This document shows positions 22,810-36,072 of a stretch of 47,115 bases of DNA, piece after piece. The notes below the pieces were generated by a model, which saw nothing but the letters and a program-made list of their open reading frames with translations, was not told the DNA's origin and searched no databases. A program made the translations under genes and the position numbers. Source of the stretch: Octopus bimaculoides. Taxonomy: Eukaryota. Location: assembly GCF_001194135.2 (NCBI RefSeq), contig NC_068985.1, forward strand, positions 79,355,302 to 79,402,416. The letters are read 5' to 3'. Each line of letters opens with the position of its first letter. Position 1 is the stretch's first letter.

Positions 22810-24761
22810 ATGTTACATAATATAACTCTGTTTTCATGAGAATGACACCTCTGCGTACGTTACTATACAAACAACGGTATATAAATAGTATGACCCTGAG
22901 ATCCAGTGAAGTCTTTACTATGCGGAATTTGATGAGAAACAACTAACGTTTGGAACCGCGATACTTTTGTTAGACATATATATTCTCTAAAAGCTTTATA
23001 ACATCCAAAGAAAGAAGTATATTCTTTCACACAATTCTTTTTTAGTTTAAATTCTACATGAAGGGTTGCATAATTTTCTTCAACCCCTATATGACAATTC
23101 AATACTACTAAATGATTGTTTCTGGATATCAGGAATATATTAAACATTCTAAATGCTTCTGACCGCACTGAAGCTAATCTGATCTGACAGTGTTGTAATC
23201 AGTTGTCAGACCTGTATACTCTCTCTCTCTCTCCCTCTCCTTTTCTCCCTTGTTACCGCTTATCAGACGATGAAGTGCAGCACTCAAAGCATTTCCAATC
23301 AAAAGAGACTAGTAAGAGAATGGATAACAAACAAGACTCGAGGTTTTCCTCAGTTTGGATACGTAATCTGAGTCTTTACATTAGAGTGGACTTTGCTAGA
23401 ATTATCTAAACGGTCAGGTAATGTCAAACAGAGCAACGGATTGGGTCAAACACACAGTGATATGTACAGCTTATCTGGTTTTTCTCCTCAGTTTTCATCC
23501 ATCAAATTTTTCTTTATAAGATTTAGGTTGACGCAAAATTATGTTCAAAAATATTCACCCAAAATGCAACGCTGTGGAATTCCTCCCTGAGCTGCGTGAT
23601 TGCAGTGCAAAATTGCTAACCATCAAGTTTCAGAATTATGTCGCGGAAAATTATTTTAGTGCACAGTTAGAAATGTAATTTCATGTTGTAAAAGAAGAAA
23701 TAATGAAGATGTTGAAAGACGATGTGAAGATCTGTTTGTTTTTATACTGAACATGAGAACAAGAAAAAAAGTAGTACGAAATAAATGTAAGAGAATGTTT
23801 GCATTGTCTGACATTTTTGGTCGACATCCGTTCAGCCGTTTTCGTTGATGTGAACTGGTCTGGAGCAATCTTTTATTATTAACTTCATACGTAAATACCC
23901 TCATATATACGCATATATACATATATAAGAAGAGCAAAAAAATTATTTGTATGAACAACTACGGACATAAAAACATACAATATATATNNNNNNNNNNNNN
24001 NNNNNNNNNNNNNNNNNNNNNNNNNNNNNNNNNNNNNNNNNNNNNNNNNNNNNNNNNNNNNNNNNNNNNNNNNNNNNNNNNNNNNNNNNNNNNNNNNNNN
24101 NNNNNNNNNNNNNNNNNNNNNNNNNNNNNNNNNNNNNNNNNNNNNNNNNNNNNNNNNNNNNNNNNNNNNNNNNNNNNNNNNNNNNNNNNNNNNNNNNNNN
24201 NNNNNNNNNNNNNNNNNNNNNNNNNNNNNNNNNNNNNNNNNNNNNNNNNNNNNNNNNNNNNNNNNNNNNNNNNNNNNNNNNNNNNNNNNNNNNNNNNNNN
24301 NNNNNNNNNNNNNNNNNNNNNNNNNNNNNNNNNNNNNNNNNNNNNNNNNNNNNNNNNNNNNNNNNNNNNNNNNNNNNNNNNNNNNNNNNNNNNNNNNNNN
24401 NNNNNNNNNNNNNNNNNNNNNNNNNNNNNNNNNNNNNNNNNNNNNNNNNNNNNNNNNNNNNNNNNNNNNNNNNNNNNNNNNNNNNNNNNNNNNNNNNNNN
24501 NNNNNNNNNNNNNNNNNNNNNNNNNNNNNNNNNNNNNNNNNNNNNNNNNNNNNNNNNNNNNNNNNNNNNNNNNNNNNNNNNNNNNNNNNNNNNNNNNNNN
24601 NNNNNNNNNNNNNNNNNNNNNNNNNNNNNNNNNNNNNNNNNNNNNNNNNNNNNNNNNNNNNNNNNNNNNNNNNNNNNNNNNNNNNNNNNNNNNNNNNNNN
24701 NNNNNNNNNNNNNNNNNNNNNNNNNNNNNNNNNNNNNNNNNNNNNNNNNNNNNNNNNNNNN

Positions 24762-24805
<44 letters not shown>

Positions 24806-24807
24806 CA

Positions 24808-24853
<46 letters not shown>

Positions 24854-25789
24854 CGTTCGTGTGTGTGTTTCTCTCACTAAGACAGAGAAGAGGATCGATT
24901 TTGTCGTAGCACAAAAAAATATATAAAAGGGAAACAAGAAACAAAAAAAGGAAGAAAATCAATACCGATTTTCCTGCAGGATATCAAATATTTCATATCT
25001 ATTGGAAACTACAAGCAAGACACAACACAAACTAAGACGAGAAGAAAAGAAAGGAAGAAAGAAAAAAGAAACAAAGAAAAAAGAGAGAAAGAAAGAATGA
25101 GAGAAAGAAGGAAAGAAAGAAAAACAATAATCTCTGCTCCTCCTTCAAAAGAAAATATAAAAATTAAAATTAAAATTGAAGAAAAAATAAAGCATCAAAA
25201 TATTCTTAATACTCATGAAGTAAAATTTAAACTAAAAAATACACACAACAACGACAACCGCAGCAAATAAATAAATATTTAACTGCCGCCATTGCATTCC
25301 TTTAAAAATTGAAAAATAGAAGATACTAGCGGAGAGTTTAGAAATAAGCATTGATTTATCAAAATGTAAGAGTTTCTTGTTTTTAAGTACGATTAACATT
25401 AGCTCTTGTAGTCTTAGAGAATAAAAGGCCACAGTATGGTGAGTTCAGCTTGAGAAAACAAAGAAAGAAGGAAAACCACAAGGAAAAGAAATAATCGTTG
25501 GTAGACAAAGAACGATGCATATAAACGACGTGTGTTTCTCTGATTGCATCTATGTATGTATGTATGTATGTATGTATGTGTGTGTTTCTGTATGAGTGAG
25601 TAGAGTTTATGTGTGTGCGTGTATGTGTGTGTGTTTATTCGTACATGTATGCACGCAAATCGGGTGACTCTAAAAGGCAAAATAACAATCTTGTGACAAT
25701 AAAAATGTTTATAAACGTATGTATACACACACACATCCACATACACAGAAGTATACATATACATGTATGTTTCTTATTTCTTTATTTCC

Positions 25790-26008
25790 CACAAGCGGCT
25801 AAACATAGGGGGGACAAACAAAGACAGACAAAGTGATTAAGTCGATTACATCGACCCAAGTGCGTAACTGGTACTTAATTTATCGACCCCGAAAGTATGA
25901 AAGGCAAAGTCAACCTCGCCGGAATTTGAACTCAGAACGTAACGGCAGACGAAATACCACTAAGTATCTCGCCGGGCGCGCTAACGTTTCTGCCAGCTCG
26001 CCGCCTTA
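25790..26008 (-). mobile_element. tRNA-derived SINE, GGCGGCGAGCTGG-type, young-looking
   Basis: GGAATTTGAACTCAGAACGTAACGGCAGACGAAATAC..GCTAACGTTTCTGCCAGCTCGCCGCC. Confidence 0.92.
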
Positions 26009-26077
26009 ACCCCTAGTATCCAAAGATTAATGATACTTTAAGTGTTGCGTAAAAACTTATGAAAAGAGATTATCTGG

Positions 26078-26136
26078 TATTGCAACATTTGTTTCACTAT
26101 TAGTCTTTATTGCAAGCATAGCTTAGTCAGGTATGC
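26078..26136 (-). ncRNA. Degenerate hammerhead remnant at the 3' end of the PLE
   Basis: Minus strand: gcatac-CTGACTA-a-GCTAT...ATAGT-GAAA-CAAATG-TT; G8 is mutated and helix I is broken. Confidence 0.35.
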
Positions 26137-26164
26137 AGTATGCACAGCATCCATAAGATTATAT

Positions 26165-26965
26165 AATGCGTTATGGATCGAGAGTGTTTAGAAACTGAAA
26201 ATAAGCTCCTGTTCCCTCTGAAGCTAAATGGTGGAGAATGTGGTGATGGATAACTGCTCCGAAGACCGAGAAGTGTTGGTTGGAATGGTCGGCTGCCAAG
26301 TCGTGTTCTCTGTGAAGGCTGTCATATGTCGTTAGCTCGAAAGAGATAAAACTACAGAAAGAACATAGGAGCACATATATCAGATTACCAGAGGTGCAGC
26401 GAAAAAATACCTATTGCGGTGATTGATTTACGTAAGGGAGCAGCGTTACAGAGGTGTGTGTGCAGGTATGGCAGCATGGGCCGGAACAGGAAATGGAACC
26501 AGGAATGGACGAGTTGTTGGGGGAAGAAGAACTATATATGAGGAAGCTGCGAATTTTGCAAGCACGCTTAAAAGTGGAATTGGCGGAAGAAAGAAAAAGC
26601 GGGAGGTGACAGGTTCAAAATGTAAGGTGTGGAAGGAGCTGACGATGGTGCATTGTTGAGGCGGCGGGAAATGAGATATTGAGTAATGGTGGGTGGGAAA
26701 CCACATGAAATGAAGAGACAGGTCATATGTAGAGCCTGGGTGTCAATGTCATGATTACTCCTGCAGAGGTGTCGGAAATGGGGGGAAAAAAAGGATGTAA
26801 TTCTTGGTGTGGATAGAGTGCGAGGAGGAGGAGGAGTCAAGACAGGAATGAGAGTCGGTAGGTTTGTAGAAAACAGATGCGGAGGGGGTGATGATGGGGT
26901 GATCGATGGATACAGTATGTCGAGGAAAAGAGTGGAGGTATCAGAGTTGGAGAACGTAAACAGGA
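26165..26965 (-). mobile_element. Penelope-like element remnant: RT C-terminus, Zn knuckle and GIY-YIG endonuclease (pseudogenised)
   Basis: Frameshifted peptides SDTSTLFLDI, SVFYKPTDSHSCLDSSSSHSIHTKN, FRHLCRSN..CGFP, PGSISCSGPCCHTC, FRCTSGNLIYVLLCSFC and REQELIFSF*TL. Confidence 0.85.
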
Positions 26966-27014
26966 GAGAGAGAGAGTGAGATAGAAAGAAAGACAAAGAG
27001 AGAGATAGACAGAC

Positions 27015-27047
<33 letters not shown>

Positions 27048-27048
27048 T

Positions 27049-27145
<97 letters not shown>

Positions 27146-27174
27146 CAGACAGAGAGACAGAGAGAAAGACAGAC

Positions 27175-27209
<35 letters not shown>

Positions 27210-27268
27210 GAGAGAGAGAAAGACAGACAGACAGAGAGAGAGAGAGAGAGAGACAGAGAGAGAGAGAA
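26966..27268. repeat. Compound (GA)n/(GATA)n/(GACA)n microsatellite
   Basis: Direct inspection. Confidence 0.95.
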
Positions 27269-27482
27269 AAGTAGGGGCTAGAAGACTTGAGAAAATGTAA
27301 GAACTGAAATAATTGTCAAGTTTTATAAGAAGTGTGGAATTAGCAATGCACCCGATGACAACGAAGACGTTCCATTATTTAAGATAGTGATTCCAGTATT
27401 AGAGACGACATGCTTTTAGACTTTGACGATGGTGAAAGTATTTAAAGAATACCAATGTTTTTTCCTCTTTTTTTTTTACTAT

Positions 27483-27860
27483 GTCTTTGTTTATATTCAA
27501 CTGTAGTGCGAGCTTACTTTTTATAAAATGTTTTATGCTTTGTTTTCTCTTGCAATGATATATTACTGTCGGCTACTCATGTTAATTGTCAATGACCTGT
27601 TTATCTGTTGCGATTTCTTGCTTATGTTCAACTGTACTGGTAGCTTGATATATAAATACAGTAATGTTTTCTGTTATAGCTGAGGTACTTTTGTTTTCTG
27701 TTGTAATGTTTTATTACTGTATGCTGTTCATGTTGGATATTTTAACTATTGTGATTTCCTGCTGTATGTTCAATTGTGCTGGTAGCTTGCCTTTTATGTA
27801 CATTAATGTTCTCTGCTTTAGCTAAGCTGCTTCTGTTTCTCTCTTTTAAATTACAGTATT
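27483..27860. repeat. Degenerate tandem repeat, unit about 150 bp, 2-3 copies
   Basis: TTGTTTTCT.TTG.AATG..TATTACTGT..GCT..TCATGTT and ATGTTCAA.TGT.CTGGTAGCTTG each recur about 150-160 bp apart. Confidence 0.7.
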
Positions 27861-28069
27861 ATTATTAAAATAGTTTTTCCTGCTGTCTTATTTTCACGTT
27901 TTGTTCAATCGTTTTTCTACTATATTCTTTCCAATAAACATTAACTGCTTAAATACACTAAAATATTTTCGACTGAATATTTACTGCTGAAAACAGGTTA
28001 CGTCACATATGCCCATACGTCTTATATGCCAATGAATACAAAAAAAACTATATTACACACACATCCACG

Positions 28070-28121
<52 letters not shown>

Positions 28122-28124
28122 ATA

Positions 28125-28345
28125 CTATAATTCTTCTGATATAGGAACTAGGTCTGAAATTTTTGTGGAGGAGGCTAGTCGCTTACATTGACGCCAGTGC
28201 TCAACTGGTGCATATTTTAACGGCCTGGAATGGATGAAAGGCAAAGTTCTCCTCGTCAGAATTTAAACTCAGAACGTAAAGACGGACAAAATGCCATTAA
28301 GCATTTTTCCTAGCGTGCTAACGATTCTGCCAGCTGGCCGCCTTC
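28125..28345 (-). mobile_element. tRNA-derived SINE, GGCGGCGAGCTGG-type
   Basis: AGAATTTAAACTCAGAACGTAAAGACGG..GTGCTAACGATTCTGCCAGCTGGCCGCC. Confidence 0.88.
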
Positions 28346-28363
28346 ATATATGATATACTATAA

Positions 28364-28670
28364 CAGTGGTTCCCAAAGTGGGCAGTATTCCACTCCAGGG
28401 AGAAGTGGAAAATTCCAAGGGAGCATTGAAAAAAGTGGGGTGATAATGGGGTAGCGATTCATGTAAAAAGTGGGGCGATAAAGGGGTAGCGATTCATGTA
28501 AAAACAAGAAAATAATGGGTTTGTTAGGTTGTTTTATTTGTGAAATACAGTTGCTTTGAATTTGCTTCAGAAAGGCGTCTATGTTTGTAGTGGTTAGTTG
28601 GAGTGGGGGCGCTAGGAATGCGGCTTGAGTGTTGAGTGGGTGGCAGTCCGAAAAAATTTGGGAACCACTG
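28364..28670. mobile_element. Non-autonomous hAT-Charlie-like MITE (307 bp)
   Basis: Perfect 14-bp TIRs CAGTGGTTCCCAAA / TTTGGGAACCACTG; 8-bp flanks TACTATAA / TAATAAAA (6/8 match); internal tandem duplication of AAAAAGTGGGG.GATAA.GGGGTAGCGATTCATGT. Confidence 0.9.
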
Positions 28671-28683
28671 TAATAAAATATAA

Positions 28684-28898
28684 AGGCAGCGATCTGGTTT
28701 AATCGTTAGCACTTTGGACAAATTACTTAGCGGCATTTCTTCTGGCTTTACTTCTTGAATTCAAATTCCGGAAAAGTCGACTCTGCTTTACATACTTTCG
28801 GGTCGATAAAGTCATTACTAATCGAGCACTTGCGTCGATGTAATCGACCAACCTGCATCCTAAAGTTTCAGGCCTTGTGCCTATAATGGACAGATTAA
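28684..28898 (+). mobile_element. tRNA-derived SINE, GGCGGCGAGCTGG-type, diverged
   Basis: GGCAGCGATCTGG..AATCGTTAGCAC..GAATTCAAATTCC..GTCGATGTAATCGAC. Confidence 0.8.
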
Positions 28899-29427
28899 TG
28901 TTTGCGTGTGTGTGTTTGAGTGTGCGTGCGTGTGTGCATGCGTGTATGTGTGAATACGTTTACGTGTGTATACTTTTGGGTCAGCAATCAAGTGAATTTG
29001 CAACAGATATGTGTATAACATTTCATATATGCATGATATCAAGATTACGCTACCACGTACCTTTCATGAACACAAGCTCGAAAATAAAATAAAATAAAAT
29101 GTTTGTTGAATGTTTTATTGATGAAAGGTAAGTCATAGAGTGTAAAACTCCTAAGAGCTGTTGCTTAGAAAAGCTACAGGTTGCAGCTTGTTGCACCTTC
29201 TCAGTTTGTGTTGTATGACTGAATAATTGATATTATGTCATGGATGAGCAAACCCTAGGTTGCTGTGTGAGCGTTTTATTGGATGTTGGCAATAAGCAAA
29301 TAACAGAATCGTAGCACGGAAGTACTCGGCAAACAGATGGGAGTTTACAGATCTATTTTTCCAATTATATAAAGGCAACGGTGTCTGAATGCCGACTTAT
29401 TTATGTAAGCATGTCCATGCATATTTG

Positions 29428-29484
<57 letters not shown>

Positions 29485-29506
29485 CGAGAGAGAGAGGAGA
29501 GAGTGA

Positions 29507-29538
<32 letters not shown>

Positions 29539-30122
29539 GAGAGAGTGCGAGAGAGATAAATAGATAGGTATAAATATCGATAAATAGACAGACAGATCAC
29601 CAGGGAGAGGCGGTAATGGAGAGAGGGAGTGAGGGAAAGAGAGAGAGAGAGAGGGGTGGGGTAGGGGACATTGATGCTTTTGTCTTTCGGGTGTTACTTA
29701 TTTTTGCCGAAGCTAAGATACACTGAAATCATTTAAATGGCTAGTGATCTCATGGCGATCTTGTGGTGGCCGTTTATTTCAAATTCTAATGTTATAATTT
29801 CAAGAAGACCATCAAATGCATATTGTTCCACCAGCTTCATTGCCGCCATATTGAAGAATTTGTGCCTTAAGTTAGTTTCCAATTTAATCGCTATTAAGAA
29901 CTGTCATAGTTACTCCAGCATACTCATTTTTCTCTATATACTTCTCTTTCTGTCTCACTCTCACATCTATTGCTCCCTCTCTTTCTTGTTCATGCTCTCT
30001 ATCACAGACACAAACGCTCTCCTACACGCTTTCTAAATGTCTGTCGCACCATCTATATCACTCATTGTCTTTCATATCTCTGGCTCAGTCACTTTCTCTT
30101 TCTTTCGATCGCTCTTATACCA

Positions 30123-30153
<31 letters not shown>

Positions 30154-30654
30154 TTCTCTTTCTCTCTTTTTCTCTCTTACTCTCTTTCTCCTTCTCTCTT
30201 TCTATTGCTCGCTTGCTCTCGTTTACTGTGTCATTTTTGGGGGGCTAATGACGTAATTTCGATTAGCTTCATTAGTGATACCCTTACTAATTACTTGCAG
30301 ACAATTTCCAACTAGTAATCTGCTGTGTCTAATTACAATAATTAAACGGATTTCACTTGTATTTGCGGTAATTAATTTAAGGTTACAAGAATACGAATTT
30401 TCGTGTTTGTTTCTGCGTATTTTTGCTCTATATTCATTTATTTTCCAGTTTTATTCATTTACTAATTTATTTATTTTGTTTCTATTTCATACATAATGTC
30501 GAATGGATTGCTTATGTAATGTATGGGGTTTGTTTATTATCAGATGTCGGCGAGTTTAATTATTTATTATAGGGAAACTAGTTGCGTGTTTACGTATTAC
30601 TGGGTCGCGGAGGCGTGGGAGTTATTTACCAAAGAGTGTTAGTTGGATGTGTTA

Positions 30655-30656
<2 letters not shown>

Positions 30657-30745
<89 letters not shown>

Positions 30746-30803
30746 AATAATAATGATGATGATGATGATGATAATAATAATTATGATGATGATGATGATG
30801 ATG

Positions 30804-30861
<58 letters not shown>

Positions 30862-30888
30862 TAATAATAATAGTAATAATAATAATAA
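30657..30888. repeat. Compound (TAA)n/(TGA)n microsatellite
   Basis: Direct inspection; source of the poly-I/poly-M ORF artefact. Confidence 0.97.
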
Positions 30889-31121
30889 GGGACTTTTTAC
30901 GCGTGATGGGCTAGTCAACTTGAAGAAAATTCTAACTGGGCTCTCACCTGCAAGGTCATGCGCTGTTTAACTTGATATAAGATTACTATGTTGCGCACAT
31001 GTGGTTATGATGTGCATGTGCCTGGGGTACCCTTATCAGATGGGTAGTCATGATTGGTATATTGGGTTCCGTATAATTGCACCCCAATGTCACTGTGATG
31101 GCATGCGCTGCTCTCTCACTC
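30889..31121 (+). mobile_element. About 230-bp interspersed repeat flanked on both sides by (TAA)n; probable retroelement 3' UTR
   Basis: GC-richer block ending CTCTCTCACTC followed immediately by AATAATAAT; family identity is inferred. Confidence 0.5.
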
Positions 31122-31153
<32 letters not shown>

Positions 31154-33384
31154 TAATAATGATGATGATAATAATAAACGTTGTCAGCCTTAGTGATGAC
31201 AAAATATCAAAAAAGAGAAGAGAAACAGTCCAGATATGACGATCCGAAGCGGTAGTTTTTGAAATAATACCAATTTTTAAAATGATTTAAGAAACGAAAT
31301 CCATAAAATAACTTTCTAATTATAATTTTAGAAAAGAAGATAAAAATCCCGTGCCCACTCGCAGGTGATTTTCTCCGCTTACCGCTCTCATGTTGAGTGT
31401 AGGGCTAATTGGTTGAGACATTGTTCGCCACATTCATCCACATTTATCCCTTTCAGCGAATTCGTTATGTTAGAATAAGAATCACTTCCTTCTCCATTAG
31501 CTTTTCAAGATGATCTTGAACAAGCCGATAAGTGCTTTACTGACATTTGAAATATATGTACATAGGATTTTCAGTCACGTCCACAACGAAAACTTTTACA
31601 CCGTACCTTCTCCCTGCAAGAGGAAACGATATGGGCTGTCGCTAAGCGTGACAGAGAAAAGTGAACTCTCATCATGCTGGAGTCTCCGTAGATGTCGCTG
31701 TAGATGCAGCTTATCACGAGAATCTTTAGAGCAGACGATAAAATTTAGTCAAGCGAAAACCAATGCAAGACACGACAGCCAGGCGTTAATATTTATCAGA
31801 GCTTACGTTAGCTTTCACTCCAATATTTCAGGAATGCTTCCCGGTGAACGTGTATATAACTTCAGTTCAGTCTTTATCTACTTGTAGGTCTAGACCAAAC
31901 CTGATCCCTAGAAACTAACTGACTTATCTGTCCCACGCTCTACGATGCTATTTGATGGCATTGACTTGCTTATCCAGGAGCTGAGCTGCAATCGCTCAAC
32001 TCGTTTTTGTTCCTCCACGACTTTGCGGTGCCCAATGTCGTTACAGTGACGACGTCCTATAACAATCCAAATCCCAGTTGAAACGGGATACAAGTCTAGT
32101 TTCACACAAGTAGTTTACGTACATATTTATGTTTCACACTAGAGTCTAGTTTCACACAAGAGTCCGTACATATTTATGGGATAATAGAAAACAATCGTGA
32201 TGGATTGCATGTTTGATACGAAATGTCCTGAAAGTTGGTTCTTTAGTCTGACAATTCATGTGTTCTAGCCTCTGGAAGCGGAACTAAAATTGGCTACCTT
32301 GAGGAGAATCACCGAATATTGATAGTCGACCTTTTCGAAACATTTTTATTGATTCAATTTAATTTGAATAGCCTTGAAGTTGAGTTAATTACCCACCCAT
32401 TTGACGAGGTATTGCATATGATGAAACTGTCGTGGAGGTACCTGCTTAGAATTGTGCTGTTTGGCTCTTTCTCGGTAACGCTACTAACAAGTACCAATAT
32501 ATTTGATATCCAAAATATTAAACTGCTTTCTGCAGAGTTACGTATGAGAAATTATGAATAACACACTACTTTGCATTTTCCTTCACCAGCGGATCACAGA
32601 ATTGGAAATTCTCCTGCTCTGCTGCCCGGATAATCTGAATGCAGTATAGTATTTATTAGTGAAATTATAGTGCACTTTGCTTATAAACATCTATATTGCT
32701 TCGTGATCGGCTATCAAGAATAATAATTATAATACACTAGGAGAGCACAAGTCAAATCAATACAAACAATGCAAATGAAAACCATCGCACACAACCAGTT
32801 TAAAAGGGGAATGCGTACCTTAAACCGATGCAAGAAAATTACACAAAATTGGAAGTGCAAAATTATCATCGCAATAAAATTCATAAATTACTACTCGACG
32901 AAAATGACAATGGCAAAACATTACTCCTTGATTCACACAAATAAAATGGAAAGAGCATAAACTGATGAGAGAGAATTATGTTTCTATATTGTATACATAT
33001 TTCGTGCATTCGACACACCTCACGAACCCTCCAGAAAATACGAAAATATTTTCGTATAAAATTTGGAGAGAAAATAACCCTGAAGAAAATTTGTATTCCG
33101 ACAAAGAAGCTAATTTAAGATTAGTCTAAAAGCTAAAATATAAGTTCTTATTGAGCATTGAAATCCTTCAGTGGTACAATTGTAAGTCAATAAGAACTTA
33201 CACACGCGGAATACAAAAATGATAACAATTCTAGGCACTACACAAATATTATGTAGAATACTTTCGATATAGCACACGTACACAAACAAAATATAACTTT
33301 GCACGTACCCAAAACGTGCTCGGTTGTGTTACGACAGACAATGAAAATAATTCTTCTGAAAATAAAAATAAAAACAAAAGTTAA

Positions 33385-33510
33385 TAATGATGCTGATGAT
33401 GATGATGATGATGATGATGACGACGACGACGACGATGATGATGATGATGATGGAGTGAATAATGATGGAGTGAATAATGATGATGACGACTACGAGGAGG
33501 ACGACAACAA
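33385..33510. repeat. (GAT)n/(GAC)n microsatellite with an 18-bp duplication (GATGATGGAGTGAATAAT)
   Basis: Direct inspection. Confidence 0.9.
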
Positions 33511-33681
33511 CGGGATAATATATTTCGCATTAGGCAGTATCCTGGGGGCAAAGAACTAAATATTTTCCCCGCTTACACACTTACTTACCTGGCAACAAAA
33601 TTGGTAATTTAAATAAACCGAGAGCTCGTGAGAAAGCGAGAAAGAACTGGAAAGACAATGTAAGCAGAAAAAGGAGAGAGA

Positions 33682-33736
<55 letters not shown>

Positions 33737-34832
33737 AGAGAAGTTTGGAAGGAAAGCTTGGTCGTGCAGCCTCAATATATGTGGAAATTGGCGCGGAGTC
33801 TGATAGTTTTTATGTATTGCCGAGATGATGGTAAATTAGATTAAAATACCGCTCTATTTTTGTTGCGCACAAATTCAGTATGCGATGTAGTATGGGATGT
33901 TTAGATAGATATCCGATCAATTCTGGGTTGCATGCTTTTTGTTTCGCAGGTCAATTTTCTGTACACTTCACATTTAATCTTTTGTTTCCTGAAATAAGTT
34001 TTAGCACAATGTCCAGAAGTAATCTAACCCTGAACCTGTCTCGTTTTGTGCAATATGGCAACAAATCAGACATTAACAGCTAATTTTTATATTTTCATCA
34101 CCATTGGCAATTGTACAAGTAGTACGAAAATATAGATAAAAATAGAAGTTTGCGACTCGATTGAAGTTATTAAATCGTAAGTGGACACAATAGCACAGGG
34201 GTGTGGAACCATTTTTAGTATCGAAACTAAATTATGATGATATTAAACCCAAGTGGCTCATCTGTATTAAAAAAAAGAAGAATGAATCATTAGGTTTTAA
34301 CATTCGTATCTATGCAATAAATCTATTTGATTAAAAATGTGATTTTCATATAAGGTTTTGGAGGCTCGTGCCTTCGAGAATATTTTCAATTATAATTCTG
34401 GCAAAATTTCGGCCACAGACGACGGGTTTTCTCACGTTGCTATAATGAATCGTGCTTATGATGTCCTTATGCAACGAGTAGTTTGACAACGCTGTTCTGA
34501 TTACAATCGGTTACGACGTCGCTTTCCTTAGAAGGACTACTTAAAACTTTCATGAAGATTACTGGGTTTATGAGCAAATAACGAGACAACATAGTTGCTG
34601 TTTCTGTGCTGTAAGTGCTTTGGTCTAGACCAGGCTTGATTGAGCAAAAGAAACTTCCTATCCAAGACATTCCATGTGTGAGTCCCACCTCTGTTAGGAT
34701 TATACACACTACTTTATCTAATGTGCTTTTTGCTGCTTAAGATGTTTTGAGGGTAATTCAATTGCTATTTCATCAGGTTCAACCGATATGTTTAGGGTCT
34801 CTCACTAAGTGGTTCTCCCAAAGGCCGATAAA

Positions 34833-35085
34833 ATGATCATAGGTATTGCCATACCTGCGGATGCACTCGTAGCTAACAAAGGGCTGGAAAAATATAAGTT
34901 ACTAAAAGATGAAATTGCAAGAATATGGGCAATGTTGAGAGTAACTGTAGGGGAACTCGGAGCACTAACAACCAAGTTCTAGAAGTAATGTCGGATAAAT
35001 TGGAATTGATATGAGAGAAGAGCATGCTCAAAAAACTGCTCTATTGGGGACAGCTAGGATTTTGATATTGGTACATGGGTGTTAA
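34833..35085 (+). mobile_element. Second R4/Dong-like RLE C-terminal fragment, decayed
   Basis: MIIGIAIPADALVANKGLEKYKLLKDEIARIWAM..GELGALT (frameshift) IGIDMREEHAQKTALLGTARIL. Confidence 0.75.
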
Positions 35086-35239
35086 ATATCTTTCACGACA
35101 TTTAACACCTAAGTACCAAGTCATACAATTTGTAGCAAGAGATCCTGTGAGATCTTTGACAAAAGAATGTTGTTCGCTCTCACAGAATTAACCAGAGCAA
35201 GTAAGACCGAGAACTCTGAGAAGTAAAATGTAATAATAA

Positions 35240-35453
35240 TCTTTTCTGTTATAGGCATAAGGCCTGCAATTTTAAGGATGCGGCTAGTCGAATACATCGG
35301 CCACAGTACTTGATTGGTAATTATTTCATCGACCCCGAAAGGAGGAAAGACAAAGTGAATCTCGGCGAAATTTGAACCCAAAGCGTAAAGATCAACGAAG
35401 TGCCGCTAAGCATTTCGCCTAGCATGCTAACGATTCTGCCAGCTCGCTGCCTA
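35240..35453 (-). mobile_element. tRNA-derived SINE, GGCGGCGAGCTGG-type
   Basis: CGACCCCGAAAGG..GAAATTTGAACCC..GCTAACGATTCTGCCAGCTCGCTGCC. Confidence 0.88.
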
Positions 35454-35726
35454 CTAATAACAACGGTGGTTGCTTCCGTAGGTTTCGAAGTATGATTGCT
35501 TGAAGGAGAGTATTTAAAGAAAAGAGAAGAAGAAAAAAACGAAAGAAAAAGTCTGGGAAAAAGAAAAACAACATTTGAAAAGAAAAGAACAAAAGAAGCT
35601 GCATCTATTTGCGATGGATGTGTGAATGGAATCTGAGTCCAGGTATGGATTTTGCTATGAAGTCACAGTGGAGAGACTGATGATTTTGATTTTGCCATTT
35701 TTTTAATATTAATAATAATGATGATG

Positions 35727-35769
<43 letters not shown>

Positions 35770-35799
35770 TAATAATAATAACAATAATAATAATAACAA

Positions 35800-36000
35800 T
35801 CCTTTCTACTAAAGGCACAAAGCCTGGAATTTGGCGGGAGGGGATTAGTTGACTACATCAGCCCCAGTATTTCGCTAGTACTTAATTTATCAACCCCGAA
35901 AGGATGAAAGGCAAAGCTGACCTCGGCGGAATTTGAACTCAGAAGTAGCGACCGGCGAAATACCGTCCACCGTGCTAACGATTCTTGCAGCTGGCCGCCT
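35800..36000 (-). mobile_element. tRNA-derived SINE between two (TAA)n arrays
   Basis: CCTCGGCGGAATTTGAACTCAGAAG..GTGCTAACGATTCTTGCAGCTGGCCGCC; TAA runs at about 35710-35798 and 36004-36075. Confidence 0.88.
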
Positions 36001-36002
36001 TT

Positions 36003-36072
<70 letters not shown>

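Noticed and set aside
32093-32180. Short tandem duplication of AGTCTAGTTTCACACAAG..CGTACATATTTATG
   Set aside because: Two units only, a simple local duplication; not a CRISPR-like array
31350-32650. Non-repetitive region with ORFs of 125, 65 and 80 aa and an acceptor-like site at about 32589
   Set aside because: No recognisable protein motifs or consistent exon chain
33078-33130. CTGAAGA..TTTGT/ACAAA..GAAG-CTAAT/ATTAG-TC resembling a hammerhead
   Set aside because: No helix I, GAAG instead of GAAA, and three extra A; plausible by chance in AT-rich DNA
33582-33594. ACTTACCTGGCA, matching the U1 snRNA 5' end
   Set aside because: The match stops after about 12 nt; better explained as the reverse complement of a splice donor
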